A stretch of DNA of 64,000 nucleotides from an uncultured Clostridia bacterium (lineage in GTDB: Bacteria; Bacillota; Clostridia; TANB77; CAG-465). Both the position numbers and the translations under genes were made by a program. Below, piece after piece: positions 57,285 to 64,000 of this stretch. Below the pieces are notes generated by a model, which made no database searches, had not been told where the DNA came from, and worked only from the letters and a program-made list of their open reading frames with translations. How positions within the stretch are numbered: the first letter of the stretch is position 1; each line of letters opens with the position of its first letter. The DNA lies in NCBI GenBank assembly GCA_944387375.1, contig CALXEQ010000001.1:483-64482 (forward strand), in the 5' to 3' direction.

Positions 57285-58721
57285 ATGGATAATAAAGAAT
57301 TTGTAAAAGATTTAACTAAAATGGAAGATGATTTTGCTAAGTGGTATACAGATATTGTTCTTAAAGCAGAACTAGTAGATTATGCACCTATTAAAGGATT
57401 TATGGTAATAAGACCATATGGCTATTCTATATGGGAAAATATACAAAATGTTTTAGATAAAAAATTTAAAGAATTAGGACATAAAAATGCGTATTTTCCA
57501 TTACTTATACCAGAATCAATGTTAAATAAAGAAAAAGAACATGTTGAGGGATTTGCTCCTGAGGTTGCTTGGGTAACACAAGGGGGAGAAAATGAACTTC
57601 AAGAAAGACTATGTATAAGACCAACATCTGAGACTATTATTTGTACTATGTACTCAAAATGGGTAAGATCATATAGAGACTTACCATTAAAATATAATCA
57701 GTGGGCAAATGTTGTAAGATGGGAGAAAACAACAAGACCATTTTTAAGAACAGCAGAATTTTTATGGCAAGAAGGTCATACAATTCATGCAACTGAACAA
57801 GAAGCTATAGAAGAGACACTAACAATGCATAAAGTGTATGCAGATTTTTGTAAAGATTATTTAGCAATTCCTGTTATAATGGGACAAAAATCTGAAAAAG
57901 AGAAGTTTGCTGGAGCACAGGCAACATATACAATTGAAGCTATGATGCATGATGGAAAAGCTTTACAATCTGGAACTTCACATTATTTTGGAAATCATTT
58001 TGCTAAAGCTTTTGATATAAAATTTCAAAATAAAGAAGGAAAATTGGAATATTGTTACCAAACTTCTTGGGGAATGACAACACGTATAATTGGAGGAATT
58101 ATAATGGTTCATGGTGATGATAGAGGATTAAAATTACCTCCAAAAATAGCACCAATTCAAGTTGTAATAGTGCCTATTGCTCAACAAAAAGAAAATGTTC
58201 TTGAAGTAACTAAAAATTTGCAAGAAAAATTGTCTGATAAATATAGTGTAGAGCTTGATGAAAGAAGTGAAGTGTCTCCAGGATTTAAGTTTAATTACTG
58301 GGAACTAAGAGGAGTACCAGTAAGGATAGAAATAGGACCTAAAGATATAGCTAACAATCAATGTGTAGTATTTAGAAGAGATACATTAGAAAAAGAAATA
58401 GTTTCTTTAGATGATTTAGAAGAAAAAATAGAATTTTTGATGGAAGACATACAAAATAATATGTATGAAAAAGCAAAAGAAAATTTTGAAAAACGTACAT
58501 TTATTGCACATGATTTTGAAGAATATAAGAAAATATTTAAAGAAAATGAAGGATTTGCAAAAATTATGTGGTGTGGAGATAGAGAATGTGAAGATAAAAT
58601 AAAAGAAGAAAATTCTACAACAATTAGATGTATTCCATTTGAAGAAGACAAATTTCAAGATGTATGTTCTATATGTGGTAAAAAGGCAAAACATATGGTA
58701 TATACAGCAAGACAATATTAA
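57285..58721 (+). CDS. proS: Proline--tRNA ligase (archaeal/eukaryotic-type class II)
   Basis: Class II aaRS motifs. The C-terminal zinc-binding CxxC...CxxC region (CIPFEED...CSICGKK) is typical of short-type ProRS. Start at the ATG at 57285 after aggaaagga. Confidence 0.88.
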   Translation: MDNKEFVKDLTKMEDDFAKWYTDIVLKAELVDYAPIKGFMVIRPYGYSIWENIQNVLDKKFKELGHKNAYFPLLIPESMLNKEKEHVEGFAPEVAWVTQGGENELQERLCIRPTSETIICTMYSKWVRSYRDLPLKYNQWANVVRWEKTTRPFLRTAEFLWQEGHTIHATEQEAIEETLTMHKVYADFCKDYLAIPVIMGQKSEKEKFAGAQATYTIEAMMHDGKALQSGTSHYFGNHFAKAFDIKFQNKEGKLEYCYQTSWGMTTRIIGGIIMVHGDDRGLKLPPKIAPIQVVIVPIAQQKENVLEVTKNLQEKLSDKYSVELDERSEVSPGFKFNYWELRGVPVRIEIGPKDIANNQCVVFRRDTLEKEIVSLDDLEEKIEFLMEDIQNNMYEKAKENFEKRTFIAHDFEEYKKIFKENEGFAKIMWCGDRECEDKIKEENSTTIRCIPFEEDKFQDVCSICGKKAKHMVYTARQY

Positions 58722-58740
58722 TAGATAAATTATAAATGAA

Positions 58741-58772
58741 AAGAAGTATCATTTTGATGCTTCTTTTGTCGT
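58741..58772 (+). terminator. Terminator-like hairpin after proS
   Basis: aagaagtatc / gatgcttctt stem with a wobble pair, then a T-rich tract. Confidence 0.45.
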
Positions 58773-58844
58773 ATGAGGAGGTAGTGACAAATAGATACAA
58801 TATATTTTCTATGGATTCAAATAATTTCAGAAATTAATAATAAA

Positions 58845-59567
58845 ATGAATATTGATATTTTCAATAAATTAATTAAAGAATACTTTACATTAGAGAATTT
58901 GTTTTATAAGAAAAATATAGAAGTAAATATAGATAAAGAAATAGTTTTTTTACTTGAAAGTGATAATATAAAAAATAAAGCAAAAAATATATATAATAAA
59001 TTAAAATTGGAAAATAAAAATATTATTACAATTTTAGATGAAGAATATCCCAAAGTATTATTAAATAAAAATAACGATATACCATTTTGTATAATATGTA
59101 ACAGAAAAATTAATTTTAATAACAAAAATATATATATTTATTTTAACGAATATTTTTCAAAATATGGTATAAAAGTATTAAATTATTTTATAAAAATATT
59201 TAATAATAATAATTGTAATGTTTTTTCTAAATATAAAGAAAAATGCCTAAAAATAAAATATATAAGTATATCTAATATTGATGAATATAACTTTAAAGAA
59301 AGTTATTATATTTATATAAGTAAGAGCTATAAAGAAATATTTTTGAAAGCTTTAGATTATTTAGTAATAATTGAAGCAAAGTATGAAGAAGAAGTGATTA
59401 AATTAGTTGATATGCTTTTGCAAAATAATAAAGATATATATGTAGTTCCATCTAATATTTTTAATAAAAATAGTTATTTTTCTAATTATTTAATAAAACA
59501 AGGAGCAGATATTTTACTTAATAAACAAGACATAAAGTTTATTGTATCTAGAAAAAGAATTTATTGA
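58845..59567 (+). CDS. Extremely AT-rich degenerate DprA/Smf-like protein
   Basis: IITILDEEYPKVLL...DIPFCIICNRK aligns with the DprA VTLLDDDYPALL...DPPPLLYVRGR region. The downstream Rossmann GSR and SGxAxGID motifs are not recognisable. Confidence 0.4.
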   Translation: MNIDIFNKLIKEYFTLENLFYKKNIEVNIDKEIVFLLESDNIKNKAKNIYNKLKLENKNIITILDEEYPKVLLNKNNDIPFCIICNRKINFNNKNIYIYFNEYFSKYGIKVLNYFIKIFNNNNCNVFSKYKEKCLKIKYISISNIDEYNFKESYYIYISKSYKEIFLKALDYLVIIEAKYEEEVIKLVDMLLQNNKDIYVVPSNIFNKNSYFSNYLIKQGADILLNKQDIKFIVSRKRIY

Positions 59568-59617
59568 CTTTTTTTGGGGTTCATTATATAATTTAATGTG
59601 TAAAAGAGGAGAGATAT

Positions 59618-60472
59618 ATGAATAATAACGAGTTAGAAAAAGTAGAACAAAAAAATGAAGTGATAGAAGAGTCTAACTTAAATGAAAAGTCACGTAAAGG
59701 CAAAACAAAAAAGAAAAAAAGTACGTTAGATAATATAATTTCTGCAATAATATTGATTGTATGTATTTGTGGGCTTATATATTCTGGAAAAATGCTTTAT
59801 ACATGGATTATGAATAATATAGAAAGTAATAATATAATGAATGATGTAAATGATATTGCAGGGGTATCAGATATAAAAGAAGATGAAGATCCAGGTGCTG
59901 AATTTGGTTTGGACTTTGAAGCTTTACTTGCATATAATTCTGATATAGTTGGTTGGATAAGAATTCCTAACACATCAATAAGTTATGCTTTAGTTCAAGC
60001 AGAAGATAACAGCAAATATCTAAGACACTCATTGGATTTAACATGGAATGAGTTTGGATGGCCATTTTTAGATTATAAGAATTCTCCAGATTTTACAGAT
60101 AAAAATACGGTAATTTATGGGCATAATATAGTAAGTGGATTAATGTTTGCTGATTTAGCTAATATTTATAATGGTTCACTTGGAAACGATGTTACAATAA
60201 ACATATATAGAAGTGATTATAGATTGCTTACATATAAAGTATTTTCTGCTTATGTATATGACCCAGAAATGTATTACTTGACAACTAACTTTGCAAATGA
60301 TGAGCAATATAGCACATATTTAAATACTATGTCATCAAGAAGTGCTATTAATTTTAATCAAACAGTTGGAGTAGATGATACAATTATAACATTACAGACA
60401 TGTACTTCTGATACAAAAAGAAGAATTATAGTACATGCAAAATTAATTTCTAATGTAGAGATGCCTAGATAA
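59618..60472 (+). CDS. srtB: Class B sortase
   Basis: Motif-by-motif similarity to Clostridioides SrtB: LVQAEDNSKYL, VIYGHNI, VFSAY, TLQTCT (catalytic Cys), HAKLI. N-terminal membrane anchor. Confidence 0.85.
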   Translation: MNNNELEKVEQKNEVIEESNLNEKSRKGKTKKKKSTLDNIISAIILIVCICGLIYSGKMLYTWIMNNIESNNIMNDVNDIAGVSDIKEDEDPGAEFGLDFEALLAYNSDIVGWIRIPNTSISYALVQAEDNSKYLRHSLDLTWNEFGWPFLDYKNSPDFTDKNTVIYGHNIVSGLMFADLANIYNGSLGNDVTINIYRSDYRLLTYKVFSAYVYDPEMYYLTTNFANDEQYSTYLNTMSSRSAINFNQTVGVDDTIITLQTCTSDTKRRIIVHAKLISNVEMPR

Positions 60473-60482
60473 TAATTTAAAA

Positions 60483-60520
60483 GTGCATATCCAAAAATTG
60501 GTATGTGCTTTTTTTGAAAA
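60483..60520 (+). terminator. Terminator after srtB
   Basis: Imperfect hairpin gcatatcca ... tggtatgtgc followed by TTTTTTT. Confidence 0.5.
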
Positions 60521-60589
60521 AATAGTCGTATTTTATTTACAAAAAGATTATATTGTTATATAATTTTTCCCTGTGCAATAAGAGGGGAG

Positions 60590-61738
60590 ATGAAGCCTTT
60601 GCAGAGATTGCAATTTGATTTAGGGGAACAGATCTCAAGAAAAGAATATTTAAAAAGAAAAAGAAAAAACTCTAAACTTCTAAGAAAAAGAAGTAAGATA
60701 ACATATATTTTAATAGCTATATTTATAGCTCTTGCAATTTATATAGTTGTACAAGTTTGTATATATAGAAAATATAATAATTTTAAATATACTGTTGGTG
60801 AAGGAGTTGGAAGTCAAGCTATATATAGTATCTATTTTGTAACAGAAGGATATACGTATGATCCTATATACTCAGTAAGTACAATACTTTCATCTGGGAA
60901 AAATGAAGAAAGTATACTTCCATCAAGTGATATACAACAAATTTCAGTTACACAAGAGTGTTTATATGGATTAAGAAATGGAGTAGTATGTAAGATTGCA
61001 AGAGAAAGCTATCAAATAGAAGAGCTTGTAGCAGATAACGTGGAAAAATATATAGTAAATAACGGATATATATTTTATATAACAGCAGATGAAAAAAGAT
61101 TAAAATCATATAATTTATCTACAAAAGAGACAGTAGCTTTTGATATTACCCAAGTACAACAAATTTTAGCAGATGATACAAATGTATATGGAATAACTCA
61201 TGACACATCAGAAAAAGCTATATATAAATTTGATTATATAGGACAAGGAAAAATAAAACTTACAAATAATGAATGGGTATCATATGCAATACTTGATAAT
61301 GGAATTATATATTTTGTAAATAAGAGTGATTCAAATAAAATATATAGAGTAAGTTCAAGTGGAAATGATGTTACAAAAGTTGCAGATATAAAGACTGTTG
61401 CAGATAGTGGACAAGTAGAAGAGGCAAATGGCAAAAAGTATATGTTTATCAAGGATAATAAATTATATTATATAAATACTGATGATGAGGATGCATTATG
61501 GTGTTATGATTTAAAAAGTGGAGAAAATAAAAGAATTATATCTGCATCTATTGAAATATTGCAAAATATAGATAATACAGTTTTTTATAAAATAGATAAG
61601 GAAATGGGTGTTTATTTATATAATTATGATACTAGTTTTATGTCTTTGGTAACAAAAAGAAGAGTAAAGGAATTTGTAATAGATAATTATGCTCAAATAC
61701 CGACTGACGTAAAAATAGATAATAATTATAACATTTAA
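60590..61738 (+). CDS. Membrane-anchored DUF5050-like beta-propeller repeat protein
   Basis: Basic N-terminus plus a TM helix. Repeated YxxN...IYxx blades (GYIFYITADEKRLKSYNL, GIIYFVNKSDSNKIYRV, KLYYINTDDEDALWCYDL) as in DUF5050. Confidence 0.45.
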   Translation: MKPLQRLQFDLGEQISRKEYLKRKRKNSKLLRKRSKITYILIAIFIALAIYIVVQVCIYRKYNNFKYTVGEGVGSQAIYSIYFVTEGYTYDPIYSVSTILSSGKNEESILPSSDIQQISVTQECLYGLRNGVVCKIARESYQIEELVADNVEKYIVNNGYIFYITADEKRLKSYNLSTKETVAFDITQVQQILADDTNVYGITHDTSEKAIYKFDYIGQGKIKLTNNEWVSYAILDNGIIYFVNKSDSNKIYRVSSSGNDVTKVADIKTVADSGQVEEANGKKYMFIKDNKLYYINTDDEDALWCYDLKSGENKRIISASIEILQNIDNTVFYKIDKEMGVYLYNYDTSFMSLVTKRRVKEFVIDNYAQIPTDVKIDNNYNI

Positions 61739-61862
61739 TTTTTGTAAAAATAATGTAATATGTTTGAAATAAAGTAAAAAATATTTATATAAATTTTAGT
61801 TTTAATTGATACTTTTTTTCTTTTGATATATAATGAAGATAGAATAAGAGGGGGTAATGCAT

Positions 61863-62147
61863 ATGAAAAAAAGGTTTAATATGATATTTGGAGCTGTATT
61901 TATGTGTATGGCTATTATATCACAAGTTTTAGCTGTTACGTATGCTCCTAATAAAAATGATAATATAATAAAAGATAACGTGTCTACATTAGATAAAATA
62001 TATACACAAGATGATGTTGACAGAGTATTAGAAATATATAATGGAAACAATGATCTTACACAACAAGAACTTGAAGTATATGACTTAGATAATAATGGTG
62101 TAATAAATTCAATAGATGCATCTATTATGTTAGATTATATTAAGTAA
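61863..62147 (+). CDS. Small secreted protein consisting of a signal peptide plus a dockerin-like Ca-binding module
   Basis: Signal peptide MKKRFNMIFGAVFMCMAIISQVLA. DLDNNGVINSIDASIMLDYIK matches a dockerin type I repeat. There is a weaker first repeat, DDVDRVLEIYNGNND. A TTGATA-17-TATAAT promoter lies upstream. Confidence 0.5.
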   Translation: MKKRFNMIFGAVFMCMAIISQVLAVTYAPNKNDNIIKDNVSTLDKIYTQDDVDRVLEIYNGNNDLTQQELEVYDLDNNGVINSIDASIMLDYIK

Positions 62148-62161
62148 TAATAAGTATTGTG

Positions 62162-62200
62162 GAGATAGCCAAATTTATGGTTATCTCTTTTTATTTTTGC
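62162..62200 (+). terminator. Rho-independent terminator
   Basis: ggagatagcc ... ggttatctc stem followed by ttttt. Confidence 0.6.
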
Positions 62201-62270
62201 AAATTTCTTGAATTTCTAGGCTTTTTGTAATATAATATGCTTGTAATATGCCTTTTAAAGGATGGAGATT

Positions 62271-63155
62271 ATGAAAAAAGTAAAGTTAATATATAACTCT
62301 GGAGCAGGACAGAGTAAGTTTACATATTTTTTGGATACGATAATAGAAAAATTTGTAGAAAATGATATAGAGGTATCTATATATAGAACAAATCAAAACA
62401 CAAATTTAGAAGAATTTTTAAAAGATGCAAATAATGAAAATTTATATGGCATTATAGTAGCTGGTGGAGATGGTACTATAAATAGAGTAGTAAATATTAT
62501 GATGAACTATGAAATAAAAGTTCCACTTGGAATAATACCTGCAGGTACATCCAATGATTTTGCAAAACATATTAATATGCCTAATAATTTTTCAGATTGT
62601 ATAGAAAAAATATTAAAAAATAATGTAAAACCTGTTGATGTTGGAAAAGCTAATGATAAGTATTTTATTAATGTATGTTCTGCAGGACTTTTTACTAATT
62701 CTTCGCAAAAAGCAGATAAAAATCTAAAAGAAGCTGTTGGTAAGCTTTCCTATTTTATAACTGGTGCAAAAGAATTATTTAAGTTTAGGCCATTTAGCGT
62801 AAAGATAGAAACAGATGATGAAATATTTATAGAAAATATAAACTTATTTTTAATATTTAATGGAAGTAGTGTTGGAGGTATGACATACTTTACATCGGAC
62901 TCTAGCATACAAGATGGTCTGCTTGATTTGGTAATAATAAAAAACTGTAATCTCCATGAGCTTGGAGGATTAGTTGCCAAAGTTATGGCAGGACATAAAT
63001 TAGAAGATAAAAATATAATATATAAAAAGACTAAAAATATAAAGATAGAAAAAATGAAAGGAAACTGTGATAGACCAGACGTAGATGGAGATGAAGGACC
63101 AGATTTTCCATTAACTGTTACATGTGTTGAAGGCGCTATTAATATGTTTTTATAA
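62271..63155 (+). CDS. Diacylglycerol kinase family lipid kinase (YegS/DagK-like)
   Basis: VAGGDGTINRVV signature and GIIPAGTSNDFA motif. About 295 aa. Confidence 0.82.
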   Translation: MKKVKLIYNSGAGQSKFTYFLDTIIEKFVENDIEVSIYRTNQNTNLEEFLKDANNENLYGIIVAGGDGTINRVVNIMMNYEIKVPLGIIPAGTSNDFAKHINMPNNFSDCIEKILKNNVKPVDVGKANDKYFINVCSAGLFTNSSQKADKNLKEAVGKLSYFITGAKELFKFRPFSVKIETDDEIFIENINLFLIFNGSSVGGMTYFTSDSSIQDGLLDLVIIKNCNLHELGGLVAKVMAGHKLEDKNIIYKKTKNIKIEKMKGNCDRPDVDGDEGPDFPLTVTCVEGAINMFL

Positions 63156-63172
63156 AATGGAGGTGAGAATTT

Positions 63173-64000
63173 GTGATAGGTATAAAAAAGATAAAAAAAG
63201 TTATGCTAGATACTGAAAAAATCTTAGGGAAATACGCGTGTAAATCTAAAGAGGCTATAAGAGAGTATCCACAAGATGAAGATATTAGACTTGAATATGC
63301 GCGTGATGTAGATAAAATTATACATTCATCTTGTTATACAAGATATATGTCTAAAACACAAGTTTTTGTTGATCCTATAAATGATAATATATCTACACGA
63401 ATGACTCACGTTCAATATGTATCAAAAGCGGCAAGGACTATAGCTAGAGCTTTAAGGTTAAATGAAGATTTATGCGAAGCTATTGCTTTAGGACATGATG
63501 TAGGACATACACCATATGGGCATTTTGGAGAAAGAGTTTTAAATAAACTTTCTAAAAATTATAATGACGGAAAGTGTTTTGCACATAATTTAAATAGTGT
63601 AAGAGTATTTACTTTACTTGAGAAAAAAGGAGAAAGTACTAATCTTACTCTACAGGTTTTAGATGGAATAATGTGTCATAATGGTGAGTTTATACAAGAA
63701 AAATATACACCAAATAGAAATAAAAACTTTAGCACTTTAAAAAAGGAATACGAAGAATGTTTAAAGGATGAAAAAAATATAAAACAACTGGTACCTATGA
63801 CTCTTGAAGGGTGTGTTGTTAGAATATCAGATATTATTGGATATATAGGAAAAGATATTGATGATGCTAATCGACTCGGAGTGTTTAATAAAGAATTATT
63901 ACCAGAAAATGTGAAGAAATATTTAGGTACAGAAAATACACAGATTATGAATAGTATTATAATTGATGTTATAAGAAATAGTTATAATAAGCCATATATA
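63173..64000 (+). CDS. dGTP triphosphohydrolase-like HD-domain protein (3' end beyond window)
   Basis: RDVDKIIHSSCYTRYMSKTQVF and LGHDVGHTPYGH HD motifs. The GTG at 63173 has SD ggaggtg. No stop before the window end. Confidence 0.7.
   Translation, partial: MIGIKKIKKVMLDTEKILGKYACKSKEAIREYPQDEDIRLEYARDVDKIIHSSCYTRYMSKTQVFVDPINDNISTRMTHVQYVSKAARTIARALRLNEDLCEAIALGHDVGHTPYGHFGERVLNKLSKNYNDGKCFAHNLNSVRVFTLLEKKGESTNLTLQVLDGIMCHNGEFIQEKYTPNRNKNFSTLKKEYEECLKDEKNIKQLVPMTLEGCVVRISDIIGYIGKDIDDANRLGVFNKELLPENVKKYLGTENTQIMNSIIIDVIRNSYNKPYI

Noticed and set aside
59568-60589. That srtB and the DUF5050 gene form a sortase-substrate pair.
   Set aside because: The DUF5050 protein has an N-terminal membrane anchor and no C-terminal sorting signal. 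A terminator and a TTTACA-17-TATAAT promoter separate the two genes.
1-64000. CRISPR arrays, IS elements, integrases, prophage genes.
   Set aside because: No regularly spaced direct repeats. No transposase, integrase or phage structural-protein signatures recognised in any frame.

Overview
This is a low-GC window (about 27% GC overall), Clostridia-like, read on both strands. The cues are spoVG, an SrtB-type sortase, and a ylxM-ffh-rpsP-KH-rimM-trmD-rplS operon. Almost everything is on the + strand and mostly housekeeping. Named genes include pepD, nrdD with a small ORF and nrdG, ftsY, murB, yvcK-like, ruvC, guaB-guaA, spoVG, a uvrC-like gene, murD, ylxM, ffh, rpsP, rimM, trmD, rplS, rbgA and proS. 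The window opens inside a sortase-dependent pilus/adhesin locus. That locus has a 5'-truncated LPETG adhesin with SdrD-B, MucBP and SpaA-like domains, followed by an LPATG pilin-like gene. The window ends inside a dGTPase-like HD gene. The most unusual region is a tightly coupled four-gene operon at 27.5-33.4 kb, directly downstream of guaBA, with its own strong promoter and a tiny leader ORF. It encodes a 992-aa protein that appears to fuse a HAD phosphatase domain, a degenerate PRTase-like domain and a TrpF (PRAI)-like TIM-barrel domain. It also encodes a Cof-type HAD phosphatase, a 395-aa protein of unknown function and an Fe-S flavoprotein. This looks like an undescribed phosphoribosyl or nucleotide-processing pathway. 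Other notable features follow. A roughly 700-bp GC-anomalous islet (about 40-48% GC) carries one orphan gene plus a GC-rich noncoding tail (39.07-39.79 kb). Three disrupted genes lie within a 6-kb decaying accessory stretch (45.7-51.2 kb). One of them is a roughly 860-aa E/K-rich coiled-coil protein split by a single in-frame TAA. There is also a degenerate DprA-like gene, a stand-alone secreted dockerin-like mini-protein, a UvrC homolog lacking the C-terminal HhH domain, and a 14-codon uORF with a strong SD translationally coupled to ruvC. No rRNA, tRNA, CRISPR array, transposase or integrase was recognised. Start coordinates were revised from the ORF track where SD spacing or terminator overlap argued for an internal start, and a few may be off by one.
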